A DNA stretch of 62,799 bases, the filler included, from Candidatus Fermentibacterota bacterium (GTDB lineage: Bacteria > JAFGKV01), in assembly GCA_016928395.1 (NCBI GenBank). It is 5 parts of 5 records of this genome, joined end to end, with 100 filler letters (N's around TTAATTAATTAA, not from the genome) between each part and the next. Parts side by side here need not be neighbours in the genome. Positions count along the whole stretch, not along the records: positions 41,285 to 52,319 come from JAFGKV010000164.1; positions 52,420 to 62,799 come from JAFGKV010000166.1; 3 more parts are not named here. One strand, 5' to 3'. How positions within the stretch are numbered: position 1 is the stretch's first letter; every line of letters starts with the position of its first letter. Shown here in pieces: positions 49,231-58,718 of the stretch. A program made the position numbers and the translations under genes. The notes under the pieces are model-generated. The model had not been told where the DNA came from, did no database searches, and saw only the letters and a list, made by a program, of their open reading frames with translations.

Positions 49231-50955
49231 TCAGTCGCAGCCGCTAGAGCAGGCCTTGAAGTCGAGATTCAGGAAGGCCTTGAAGTCGTCGGTTTCGAGG
49301 TAGTCCATCTCCCGCTGGAAATCTCGTGAGGCCACGCTCTTGGCACCCTCAACCGACAGTGGAATCTCAAAGGCCGAGTCGTCTCCCGCAGTGCCCGTGA
49401 CCCGGGTGAAGAACCACTCGGCGCCAGGGACCGGCACATCCACGATATCGGGCAAGGGCACCAGCTGAAATGCCGAGAACAAGATTATGCAGAATCGGTA
49501 CATGGCGCGTTCGAAATCGGTGAATGCGGGGCGGAGGAGCTGAAGCCGGAGCTTGTCGTGAAGGGCCTCGCCTTCGACGCCGATAAGGTAGTTGCGCGGG
49601 ATGTACCGGGGGATATTGAACGCAATGTAGTCGGTTCCGGGCAGGCCCTGAACCACGTGGCGGAGATCCATGCTGCCGATGAACATCCGGCAGTCCCCCC
49701 GGAGCTTGCCCTTGAGACTGACCACATCGGCGGGGCCTCGCCGCTTCTCGAAGAATAGCTCGGCCTTGCCCGTGACCTTGTAGCGGGTTCGCATATAGGG
49801 CGCGCCGGCCAAGTAGTAGTCGATCCTGAGGTCGCCGTCTAGCGGGCCTATGTAGCGCTCGCAGTTGCTGAGCGCATCGTCAACTACCCACTCGGTGCAT
49901 TTCTCGATAGCGGTGGTCAGCGGCCCCTGAATATCCTGGAACCCACCGCAGGCGTTTTCGATCTCCCTGACGGCCAGGAGGCCATTCCGCTTGCATTCCT
50001 GTATCATCGCCTGCTGCTCGGGGGTGTACTGGTCGAACAAGTAGCTGTCAATGAGCTTCTGAACACCCTCGGTCAGCGCGTTCTTCATGGTGTTCAGACA
50101 CCACACCGTGACCCCCTCCACCAATGTCACGACCTTCAGATAGAGGTTCAAGGTCTCCTTAACGACTTCGCACTGATAGAACCAGTGCTGACACCAAAAG
50201 GCGGTTGACTTCGTATCGGCGACCCTGTCCACCACAACGGCCTGGGCCTGGCGAACCGCGTCGCTATGCGTTGCGAGCAGCAGGGCTCCTTGCGCCAGCG
50301 CCTCCTGTACTTCAGGCGCGGGAACCCCCTCAGCCGCGGAGGTCAGGGCTTCCATGGCAATCTGGAACTGAGTGATGCGTTCTTGGGCGGAGTCGAGTGC
50401 CTGCAGGGCCGCGGCCGCCTGCTGCAAAGCCTCCCCCTGGCCCGGGGTTGCCGGGTAGTCCGCCGTGGCAGTGTGAAACAGGCGAATGGCCTCCATCTGA
50501 GTGCGGCCGGCGTCGGCAAGAGCCTGGGCAGCGAGCCCGAATGCGGCCGCGGTTTCGACAACCTCGAATGACTCTTCGGCCACCTCGTCAAGCCCGGGCG
50601 CTTCGACTCTCGCAATCCAGTTGCCCGCAACGGCCAGCGGCCCTGAGGTCCAGGAGAAGCGCCCATCGTCAGCCCGGGTTACCGAGCCGTCTGTGCCAAC
50701 CTGGGTTAAGGCAGTGGCCGGGGGCACGAGCATCACGTGAACCTCATTTGCCGCCGCAGACGGAGCCGCCCACCCGCTGACCGTGAGAGACAGCCCCCGC
50801 ACCGCCGGGGTCGGAGCGATGGTGAATTGAATGAACTGCCCATCGTAGGCAGCCGACTCTCCCGCCAAAGCTTGCAACAGCATCGCCGCCAGCCCCGCGC
50901 GAGACCACCCCGCGAGGCCGTGGGTGCCGCCCGGGCTAGACCTCATCGGAGGCAT
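49231..50955 (-). CDS. Hypothetical secreted protein
   Basis: 574-aa ORF, signal-like N-terminus, Ig-like start, helical middle; no family recognised. Confidence 0.65.
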   Translation of the reverse strand: MPPMRSSPGGTHGLAGWSRAGLAAMLLQALAGESAAYDGQFIQFTIAPTPAVRGLSLTVSGWAAPSAAANEVHVMLVPPATALTQVGTDGSVTRADDGRFSWTSGPLAVAGNWIARVEAPGLDEVAEESFEVVETAAAFGLAAQALADAGRTQMEAIRLFHTATADYPATPGQGEALQQAAAALQALDSAQERITQFQIAMEALTSAAEGVPAPEVQEALAQGALLLATHSDAVRQAQAVVVDRVADTKSTAFWCQHWFYQCEVVKETLNLYLKVVTLVEGVTVWCLNTMKNALTEGVQKLIDSYLFDQYTPEQQAMIQECKRNGLLAVREIENACGGFQDIQGPLTTAIEKCTEWVVDDALSNCERYIGPLDGDLRIDYYLAGAPYMRTRYKVTGKAELFFEKRRGPADVVSLKGKLRGDCRMFIGSMDLRHVVQGLPGTDYIAFNIPRYIPRNYLIGVEGEALHDKLRLQLLRPAFTDFERAMYRFCIILFSAFQLVPLPDIVDVPVPGAEWFFTRVTGTAGDDSAFEIPLSVEGAKSVASRDFQREMDYLETDDFKAFLNLDFKACSSGCD

Positions 50956-51304
50956 CCTGGGGCAATGACGCTGTCTGGGTCAGCCCACGAACAATAGTCA
51001 TGTACCGCTGCTCCAAGGCCAAGGCAGTAAACCCGAAGCCGATCATCACCGTGGTGGTGAAGAAGCACCCCAGCACGGCCAGAGGAAGCACGGCGGCCAT
51101 GAGTTCCACCGTGCCCCGTTCCAGGGATCCGGTTTCCAGGGCGTTGACAACGAAGATGGGGTTGACTAGAGCCGGGGACTTGATGAACAGCCAGGCCAGG
51201 GTTGTGGCGAGGATCACCAGGGATAGTATTCCCGCCGGCTTCCAGGATCGGAGCAATCGCGTCCGTTTTTGGATGAACAGTGCGTCACGATCTGAGATGG
51301 GCAT
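50936..51304 (-). CDS. Hypothetical two-TM membrane protein
   Basis: MPISDRD..., two hydrophobic segments. Confidence 0.55.
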   Translation of the reverse strand: MPISDRDALFIQKRTRLLRSWKPAGILSLVILATTLAWLFIKSPALVNPIFVVNALETGSLERGTVELMAAVLPLAVLGCFFTTTVMIGFGFTALALEQRYMTIVRGLTQTASLPQDASDEV

Positions 51305-51545
51305 CGGCTTCTCCCTCGTATCGATTGGCCTCTTGACGGTATCCGTGGCCGCCAAGGATAGCGCCGCCTCTATCGCGCGGAAGGCACTCCGGGTGTAAAG
51401 GCATCCACGCGAGTTTTCACCGTCGTCGGCGAGGCGGCGAGGTGCGCAATGGGCCGTAGGGTCATGTCGTGCGACGTGCGTCTCTCACGATGTGCCACGC
51501 GAGGATGGCCCACAGAAGAACAAGGCCATCCACCGTTCCTTGGCA

Positions 51546-51887
51546 TCAGGTTGCGCCGTGGGGCACAAGGCACAGGAAGCGCATGCCTTCGAGGCCGGCC
51601 GCGAATTGGTGCTCCTCGCCCGGCTTCACCAGAGCGAAACAGCCCCGCTCCAGGGCGGTCCAGTGGCCTTCGGCCCAGAGTTTGCCGGTGCCGTCGATCA
51701 CGAAGACTTCGTGTTCCCACGCGTGTTCATGGCGCGGGGTCTGGCCATTGGGTTCGAGCCGAATGAGACGCATGGCAAAGGTCGGTGCGCCCTTGGCTCT
51801 GTCGATCAGCCATGAGATGGATGCGCCTGATGCGCCTTCGGCGTTCACCGGATTCAGTATCGCGTCATTGATGGTTCCCATGAGCAT
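51546..51887 (-). CDS. Cupin domain protein
   Basis: GAPTFAMR, PRHEHAWEHEVFVIDG, PGEEHQF; RBS AGGAGG. Confidence 0.88.
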   Translation of the reverse strand: MLMGTINDAILNPVNAEGASGASISWLIDRAKGAPTFAMRLIRLEPNGQTPRHEHAWEHEVFVIDGTGKLWAEGHWTALERGCFALVKPGEEHQFAAGLEGMRFLCLVPHGAT

Positions 51888-51907
51888 TGGGGTTCCTCCT
51901 AGCTTTG

Positions 51908-52310
51908 GTGAGGAGTGAGGAGTGAGGAGACAGCCAGTTCACTCTTCTGCTCCCTTCCATTTTCTGTGTTCTCTGTGCCTCTCTGTGGTGAGTCTGCCTT
52001 CGCTCGTAGTGCGCAGTGCGCAGGGTTCAGGGTTCAGTAAGGCCTCTGAGTGCCAAGGCACTCAGGGCTTTCAAGGTTGAGAGGACGGCGCATTGCAGGT
52101 GCGCGGTGCCACGGTTTCCCTGTAGGAGCGGCGTCCGCCGCGAACGGGTCGGGCTCAACGTCAGATTGTCTACACCTTCGCGCCTTACGGCGCTCCTACA
52201 TTGTAGCCACGCCGCTCTGCGGCGTGTCACCTGGGCGGGCACAGAGTCCCGCCCCTACGGACATGATGGGCACCAGCCCTCGTAGGGGCGACCGTCTCCC
52301 GTCGCCCGCC
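51908..52310. repeat. Mixed short tandem repeats and GTAG-type REP variants at contig end
   Basis: GTGAGGA x3, CTCTGTG repeats, GGGTTCA x2, GTAGGAGCG...CGCTCCTAC pair, GTAGGGGCGAC...GTCGCCC. Confidence 0.7.
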
Positions 52311-52319
52311 GGGGGTTCG

Positions 52320-52419
52320 NNNNNNNNNNNNNNNNNNNNNNNNNNNNNNNNNNNNNNNNNNNNTTAATTAATTAANNNNNNNNNNNNNNNNNNNNNNNNN
52401 NNNNNNNNNNNNNNNNNNN
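52320..52419. other. Artificial contig-joining linker
   Basis: N-run/TTAATTAATTAA/N-run. Confidence 0.97.
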
Positions 52420-53946
52420 CTCAAGGGCCTCGTCCGTGAGGCTCTGGATCGGGCGGTGTCTCTGCTTGGGCCCGGTGCCCGGGACAAGGCGCGCAAGGCC
52501 GAGGCCCACGTGGATGTCACGCTCTTGGCGCCGGGGCCGGTGGGTGAGGTACACGGCCGGTCCCTCCTGCTGCCGCTCGTTGTGGCGCTCACCCGTGCCG
52601 TGGCCGAGAGACTCAACCTGGGGGCCACGGCTCGGTGGGAGGCAGGCATCGTGTGGACGGGCGATGTCGATGACCACGGCGCGCTCCACTCCGTGACCGG
52701 GCTGGCCGAGAAGCTGACCAGGGTCATGGCATCCCGTTGTGCGGGCATGGCATTCCCCGCGGCGGATGATGAACGGCTGCGGGCCGCCCTCTCGGGCATC
52801 TCCCGGGCCAGGCCGCTGGCCCTGCGCCCCATCGCCGGCCTGCTCGACCTCACCGCCGGCGGAGGACCCGGGGAGATCAAACCCAGAAGCCTGGCGGTGC
52901 GGGGCGTCTCGGTGGTGAAGAGAGCAAGCAGACCGTTGGGCATCGCGGGCACGATCGCCGTCACCATCCTTCTCCTGGCCCTGGCCTATGCGGCGCCGCG
53001 GCTCTCCTCCTGGCTTGACCGAATGCCCACTGCCGCATTCGTGACGGCGGACAGCTCCCACATCGAGCTCCGCAATTCGTTGAACAGAAAGCTGCGCCTG
53101 CTCCCAATCGCGCGAACCTCCCTGTCATGGACCGTAGTCAACGATATTGATGACGATGGCAGGCCCGAGTTCTTCTATGGAACAGGATGCGCTGATTCCG
53201 CCCGAGGTTCGATCTTTTGCTTCGATGGGCACGGAAAGACGCTTTGGCGCTTCGCCGGAGGCCCTGCCGCGGATGAGACTCTGCCGTACCCACTGCGGAA
53301 CCGCTTCGGCGCGGACGGGGTCTTCGCGCACAACCCGCACTATGCCGGACAACTCGCGCTGCTACGGCGCGATGGCAGCTATGTGTCCAGCTTCTGGCAT
53401 CCTGGCCACCTGAGTATCCAGCTGCACCCGAAACACAAGGAGTCCCCATTGTTCACCGACATCGATGGCGATGGGTACAGCGAGATTCTCTTTGGCGCCA
53501 CCAACAACAGACTGAACCAGGCTGTGCTGGTGATCCTGGATCCTCGCCGCATTCGCGGCAAGGGCTTCGAAGGGCCGACAAACCCTCCAGATCCTCAATG
53601 GCAAAGCTATGTGGTGTTTCCGCGGCTCGCTGAATTGGAGGAGGCCATGGGTTCGCCTCGATTCCACGTGGGAAGCCTGCGCATCGACGAGCTGGACGGA
53701 AGCCCGATGATTTGCTTCGGTCTCTGGGGCATGCTCCCCGCGGTCGGCCGAACCAATGTGTTCAACTACTGGTTGGACTTCGACTTGCAAGTCGTCAGGT
53801 TCTACTCCGGCGACCCCTTCAAGACGTGGGGAGCCTGGGCACTGCGGAAGGGGCTTCTGGATATCGATGTGTGTTCGAAGGAATTCGAAGACTACATGCG
53901 CCAGATCGAAGTCATCCCCGGCCCAGCGGAGCTGCTGAGACCCTGA
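52420..53946 (+). CDS. Lon/S16-like protease domain + TM + FG-GAP-like extracellular domain (5' truncated)
   Basis: HGRSLLL...WTGDVDDHGALHSVTGLAEK; TM; DIDDDGRPE and DIDGDGYSEI. Confidence 0.65.
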   Translation, partial: LKGLVREALDRAVSLLGPGARDKARKAEAHVDVTLLAPGPVGEVHGRSLLLPLVVALTRAVAERLNLGATARWEAGIVWTGDVDDHGALHSVTGLAEKLTRVMASRCAGMAFPAADDERLRAALSGISRARPLALRPIAGLLDLTAGGGPGEIKPRSLAVRGVSVVKRASRPLGIAGTIAVTILLLALAYAAPRLSSWLDRMPTAAFVTADSSHIELRNSLNRKLRLLPIARTSLSWTVVNDIDDDGRPEFFYGTGCADSARGSIFCFDGHGKTLWRFAGGPAADETLPYPLRNRFGADGVFAHNPHYAGQLALLRRDGSYVSSFWHPGHLSIQLHPKHKESPLFTDIDGDGYSEILFGATNNRLNQAVLVILDPRRIRGKGFEGPTNPPDPQWQSYVVFPRLAELEEAMGSPRFHVGSLRIDELDGSPMICFGLWGMLPAVGRTNVFNYWLDFDLQVVRFYSGDPFKTWGAWALRKGLLDIDVCSKEFEDYMRQIEVIPGPAELLRP

Positions 53947-54090
53947 GGGCTGGCGCCTTGGGGTCGGCACCGGCCGTCGTCTGCGGACCAGATCGCAGCT
54001 TGTGATGTCCCCTTGGGGCAAGGCGCTGACCTTGCTTGCGCCTGCTCGGAATCCTTGTCGAGCCAAAGGCGGGAATCAGCTCATTGCCGC

Positions 54091-54116
54091 GGGAGGGCAG
54101 AGACGCCCTCCCCTAC
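54091..54116 (-). repeat. Dispersed REP-A copy
   Basis: Exact reverse complement of GTAGGGGAGGGCGTCTCTGCCCTCCC. Confidence 0.9.
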
Positions 54117-54207
54117 GGTTCATGGGGGTGATCCAGCCGGCCGTGACGTCGCGGGGGCAGATGCGTCTGCCGGGATGCAGGCGTAGCCCATGGAGTGTCG
54201 GAAGCCG

Positions 54208-55032
54208 CTACGTGCCGATCAAGGCGGCAAAAGTGTCGCTCAGAGAACCGAAAGGAAAGGTATCCAGCAGCCATTGGAGGGTGGCGGCGAAGCGCGGCTG
54301 CCGCCAGAGGGTGATCCATCGCCCCGGCTCTGCGCCCGGGGTGTGGGGGAGCGTGGGCAGCAACTCCCAGGGGTGCACATAGAACATGGAAGGCAGGCCG
54401 CGGCGCGCATTGGCCCGGACCCAGTGGCGGATGACGCACCGGGGCCATGCCCGAAGATAGACGCTGCCGCCATAGGGCATTCGGAGCCTGGGGGAGGTGC
54501 TGGCGGGGATCTCCCAGAGGCCCGGCGCCAGCTCGAAGGGAGTACGCGGCGCCCGGGCCCAGCCCGCCATGGCGACGCGCGACGGCAGGAGGCTGCTGTC
54601 GATCCGGTACCCTCGCCGGGCGAGGATCTTGCCCACCCATTGCGTTTCGGGACGGAGGCCGAAGCTGGGGCCGCGGAAGCATCGGGGTCGGACGCCGCAT
54701 GCTTCCGCGATGGCCCGTTCCGAACTATCCAATTCGTCGTTGAATTCCTCTGGAGAAAGCTCGCACAGGGCGACGTGGCCGTGGGTATGACAGCCGATCT
54801 CGTGGCCCCCCTTCGCGATCCGCGCTATCAGGTCCGGATGCCGTTCGGCGACTTCGCCGACCACGAAGAAGGTCGCCCGGATTCCTCGTTCGTCCAGCAG
54901 GCCCAGGAGCCGTTCGGTCGGCTCCCGGATGAGAGATCGTGAGGGATCGGCGCCTTCCCGGACGAGGAGCGGGTGAAACCAATCCTCGACGTCGACCGTC
55001 AGGGCGTGGCGGGTCACTGGTTCTCGGTTCAC
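54208..55032 (-). CDS. Polysaccharide deacetylase (DUF3473-type)
   Basis: LTVDVEDWFH, ATFFVVG, GHEIGCH, FRGPSF, YVHPWE. Confidence 0.88.
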   Translation of the reverse strand: MNREPVTRHALTVDVEDWFHPLLVREGADPSRSLIREPTERLLGLLDERGIRATFFVVGEVAERHPDLIARIAKGGHEIGCHTHGHVALCELSPEEFNDELDSSERAIAEACGVRPRCFRGPSFGLRPETQWVGKILARRGYRIDSSLLPSRVAMAGWARAPRTPFELAPGLWEIPASTSPRLRMPYGGSVYLRAWPRCVIRHWVRANARRGLPSMFYVHPWELLPTLPHTPGAEPGRWITLWRQPRFAATLQWLLDTFPFGSLSDTFAALIGT

Positions 55033-55248
55033 CTCGCTTTGCTCGGAGTGCACAGGGTTCAGGGCTCGGGGTTCAGGACTGGCGACCAGCCCCTCCCTTT
55101 GGCAAAGGGAGGTTGGGTGGGATTTGCTCCTTCGCGACTGATCCCGCATCCAGAGGTGCGGGACCAAGCGTCGGTTGTCGCCGCACCCGCGGATGCTGGG
55201 CGAGGCGAACCCTGAACCCTGAACCCTCGTTCCTTTCGTAGGGCCGGG

Positions 55249-55935
55249 TCAGCCTGCAACTGCCTTCCGTTGCGGCAATGGCGGTGTCGCGAGGTAGATA
55301 CCCTGGATTGCAGCCGGATCCCCGGGGTCGCCGGCGTTCCACCGATGCGTGGCGATGCGGGCCAGAGTCGCGGCCCGTGGGATAGAGAGCTCGGGATCGG
55401 TAGTCAGACTCCCCTCGATCTCAGGCAGAAGACCCATGACCCGGGCCGCGGCATCGCCGATGACGATTCCATGCCCCCGCCAGAGTTCTGGAAGCTCAGC
55501 CGGCTGGATCAGTCGCGGTGCGAGCAGTTCTCTGGGTGGAAACACGGTAGTATCATATGCCGAGAAGGCGGCGTGACCAGTGCGGCGGCCCGACTCCTGC
55601 AGCAGGTACACCAGAGGGCGTTCACCGGCGGCCGAGGCCAGGACCGCCGAGCTGGCGACACCGTGGAGCGGGATCTGCCGGGCGAAGGCGATCCCCTGCA
55701 TGATGCTGAGCCCGATGCGCAGGCCCGTGTATGATCCCGGTCCGAGGCCAGCAGCGCACGCCGTCAGTTCTTCGGAGGTCACGCAGGCCTGGAGCAGTAT
55801 CGTCTCCAGGCGAGCTGGGCACTGCGCGAGCATGCGCCGGTCCAACAGGGCGGTGTGCTCAACCACCAGGCCCGCGTCAGACAAGAGAGCCGCGGTCATC
55901 CATTTGGTCGAGGTGTCAAGGGCAAGCAGCATCAT
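55249..55935 (-). CDS. tsaB: t6A biosynthesis protein TsaB
   Basis: LLALDTST, GPGSYTGLRIG. Confidence 0.88.
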   Translation of the reverse strand: MMLLALDTSTKWMTAALLSDAGLVVEHTALLDRRMLAQCPARLETILLQACVTSEELTACAAGLGPGSYTGLRIGLSIMQGIAFARQIPLHGVASSAVLASAAGERPLVYLLQESGRRTGHAAFSAYDTTVFPPRELLAPRLIQPAELPELWRGHGIVIGDAAARVMGLLPEIEGSLTTDPELSIPRAATLARIATHRWNAGDPGDPAAIQGIYLATPPLPQRKAVAG

Positions 55936-56375
55936 GTCTGGACCATGCGCAGCAGGGAATCCGGCCCGGCAATGGTGAGGCGGCGATGACTGTCCATGAA
56001 CTCGATCGCCACGGTCCACGTTGGTTCCGGGAGGAACCCTTCGCCCCGCTCCGGCCACTCGATGACCAGAATGCCGTGGGGGGCCATGGCAACGAGTTCC
56101 CCGGCATCCGAAGAGGTGCTGACGCGGTAGAGATCAACGTGATGAAGCTCACGTTCCCCACTGTAGGACCGCACGAGGGTGAAGCTTGGGCTCAAGACAT
56201 CCCTTCCCTCCGCCACGCGCAGCCCTTCGGCGATGCCTTTGGCCACCACAGTTTTTCCCGAACCCAGGGGACCAGAAAGGAACACGACGTCATCGTCGCC
56301 GAGGACGCCTGCCAGGCGTTTGCCGAGCTTGTGCGTCTCCTCGGGCGAGCGGGAGACGATGTCGATAGAGCTCAG
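55932..56375 (-). CDS. tsaE: t6A biosynthesis ATPase TsaE
   Basis: SPEETHKLG, LSGPLGSGKT, SPSFTL, HVDLYR, IEWPER; start apparently non-canonical. Confidence 0.88.
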   Translation of the reverse strand: MSSIDIVSRSPEETHKLGKRLAGVLGDDDVVFLSGPLGSGKTVVAKGIAEGLRVAEGRDVLSPSFTLVRSYSGERELHHVDLYRVSTSSDAGELVAMAPHGILVIEWPERGEGFLPEPTWTVAIEFMDSHRRLTIAGPDSLLRMVQT

Positions 56376-56908
56376 TGGATGAATACCGGCGTCCCCTCGG
56401 GGACGAGGTCAAAGAGCTCAATCACACTGTCGTTATGGAGGCGAATGCATCCCGAAGAGATGAACTTGCCGACGGAATCCTCCACATTGGTGCCGTGGAT
56501 GCCATAGCGCCGATAGGTTCCCCTGGGCTCTTCCCCCAGCGACATCCATCTCGGCCCGTATGAGTTGCGCCAGTCACCAGGTGGTATCCTTGTGCCGTTC
56601 TTCCAGTACATGGGGGGATCCTTGATCTTGCCGATGATACGGAACCTGCCCGTGGGAGTTGCCTTGCCGATGCTGTCATTGCCCACGGAGCACAGGTAGT
56701 CACGTACCGGCACCCCCCCCTTGCTCAACTGCAGCCGAAGCCAGTCGCGGTAGATGTCAATGCGCCAGGCTCCCGCTATGGCCCGGAGGGAATCGGAAGG
56801 CAGGCTCAGCACCGAGTCGGGAATGACGGTCGGAACCGGGGCATTCTCTGACGCATTCGCACCCAGAGCGAACGACACAAGGAGCAGCCCAAGCGAAAGG
56901 CCTTTCAT
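56372..56908 (-). CDS. L,D-transpeptidase (YkuD)
   Basis: TPTGRF, YGIHGT, SSGCIRL; signal peptide. Confidence 0.9.
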   Translation of the reverse strand: MKGLSLGLLLVSFALGANASENAPVPTVIPDSVLSLPSDSLRAIAGAWRIDIYRDWLRLQLSKGGVPVRDYLCSVGNDSIGKATPTGRFRIIGKIKDPPMYWKNGTRIPPGDWRNSYGPRWMSLGEEPRGTYRRYGIHGTNVEDSVGKFISSGCIRLHNDSVIELFDLVPEGTPVFIH

Positions 56909-56938
56909 GACGGAATGCGTGTTTCGCAGGGTGCCGGG

Positions 56939-57406
56939 CTACTCGGCGTGCAGCCGTTCGATGGCCTGCGTGGCGTCGTTCAGCCGGTCCTTCCGTATCA
57001 CGCAGGTGATGCCCCAGAGGGAGGAACTGATCATCTCGATGTTGATGCGCTCCTTGGCCAAAGCGGAGAAGATAACCCCCGGGGAGATGCGTGGCCCCAT
57101 GTCTGCGGCGCGCACGGAGAGCGTGGCGACATCATGGTCAACCTCGACGTCTTTGCCGCCGAGCTGTTGCACCAGTTTCTGCATGACCTCCGTCACGACG
57201 GGAACTGTCACGTCCGCGACAACAAACGCCACGTCAGCGAGGCCGGGCTCCACTGAGGTGTTCACCACGAGTTCGACATTGACGTTCCTGGCGCCCAAGG
57301 CACCAAAGATGTCGGCTGCGATGCCTGGTTTGTCAGGGATTTTCACAAGGGTGACTTTGGCAACGCTGGTATTGAAGTATACACCCGGCCGATGGGTTGG
57401 CTCCAT
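56939..57406 (-). CDS. Stand-alone ACT domain protein, aspartokinase beta-subunit-like
   Basis: IPDKPGIAADIFGAL, INIEMISSS...ITCVI; RBS AAGGAGG. Confidence 0.8.
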   Translation of the reverse strand: MEPTHRPGVYFNTSVAKVTLVKIPDKPGIAADIFGALGARNVNVELVVNTSVEPGLADVAFVVADVTVPVVTEVMQKLVQQLGGKDVEVDHDVATLSVRAADMGPRISPGVIFSALAKERINIEMISSSLWGITCVIRKDRLNDATQAIERLHAE

Positions 57407-57680
57407 GGTCGGCCTCCTTCACGCTTCTGTCCATCAAGTGACTTCAAGAGACTGCTCTAAAGATGGGCCCACCACGCCCTGTGGGCAAGCACCAAAGCAC
57501 GCGGGTGGACCGTATGACCGCAGGTCGAGACGGACCGTGTCCGATGCACCTCGGGCGAGGCCGGATTGACCATACCGCCCCTTTGGTTCTAATTGAGCGG
57601 CATGTGCCGCGTCTTTTCATCCGAAGGCACTGACCGAGGCCTTCCTCCGCCGGGGAAAGGCAAAGCCGGCTCACGCGCCG

Positions 57681-58373
57681 ATGAGTGACCACGCCATGGA
57701 AGACTCCCGACTCCCCGATCACCTCTACTACACGACCATGGTTCACTTCTACCGTGGCGAGTTGGGGCGCATCATGTCGTGGCGGGAACGGTTGGATACC
57801 ACCACCAACTGGGCCGTAGCCAGCGCCACTGCCCTGATGAGCGTGGGGTTGAGCCGCGGCGATGTACCTCACATTGTGTTCCTCATGGCGAACTTCGTGA
57901 TTTTCCTACTGCTCTCCATCGAGGGCAGGCGCTATCGCTACTACGATGCCTTCCGGGCGCGGGTAAGGATGTTAGAGGCCCACTTCCTCGTCCCGGTGCT
58001 GATGCGTGACAGCCGCCTATTGGAGGGAGACTGGCGGCGAACTCTTTCCGAGGATCTGCTGCTCCCATCCTTCAAGATCAACCGGCGCGAAGCCATCGGG
58101 CGCCGACTGACCCGCAACTACATCTGGATCTTCCTGATTATCCTCGTGGCATGGATCGCGAAGATTCACTTGCGGAACACGGATTCCACCGGCCTGGCAG
58201 CCTTTCTTTACACGGCACAACAGGGCCAACCGCTACCGGCGATTCTGTTTTGGGTGCTGGTGGGCGCCTTCTACGGTCTGCTGGCCTACCTCATGATTGT
58301 TGCCAGGTTGAGCCGCCGGGCCTCCGGAGAGTTCAAACGCCAGTCGGTCAAGCCCACGGAGTGGAGCATGTAG
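57681..58373 (+). CDS. DUF2270 membrane protein
   Basis: HFYRGE...WRERLDTTTNWAV, EGRRYRYYD. Confidence 0.85.
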   Translation: MSDHAMEDSRLPDHLYYTTMVHFYRGELGRIMSWRERLDTTTNWAVASATALMSVGLSRGDVPHIVFLMANFVIFLLLSIEGRRYRYYDAFRARVRMLEAHFLVPVLMRDSRLLEGDWRRTLSEDLLLPSFKINRREAIGRRLTRNYIWIFLIILVAWIAKIHLRNTDSTGLAAFLYTAQQGQPLPAILFWVLVGAFYGLLAYLMIVARLSRRASGEFKRQSVKPTEWSM

Positions 58374-58718
58374 GTGAGAGAACCCCAGGATGGCATGGGC
58401 GAGCTCCAAAGCGGCGAGCCTGGGATAGTGGAACAATGGAAGGCCGGGTGACTGGAACACTGGATGGACACTGAACCGTCGACGGTGGAGTGCGGATCGT
58501 TCCCGAGGGTGACCTCTCCCTTCGCGCCTGAAGGCGCCACACGCAGATGCCGACCACACTTCCACCCCCGAAAAACGTGAGTGCGCCCCGCGCCCTCACA
58601 GGCCCGACTGAACCCCCAACCCTGTGCCCTTTTGTCTGTCTCCCCTCTCCCATCGACCAGTGCGACTTTGAGGACGAGGAAAGGCCCGAACTGCAGTATC
58701 TCCTCGTGACGGCGGGCG

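Noticed and set aside
57407-57680. Lysine riboswitch upstream of the ACT gene
   Set aside because: Only a GAGGTGC fragment matches; the other conserved elements are not evident.
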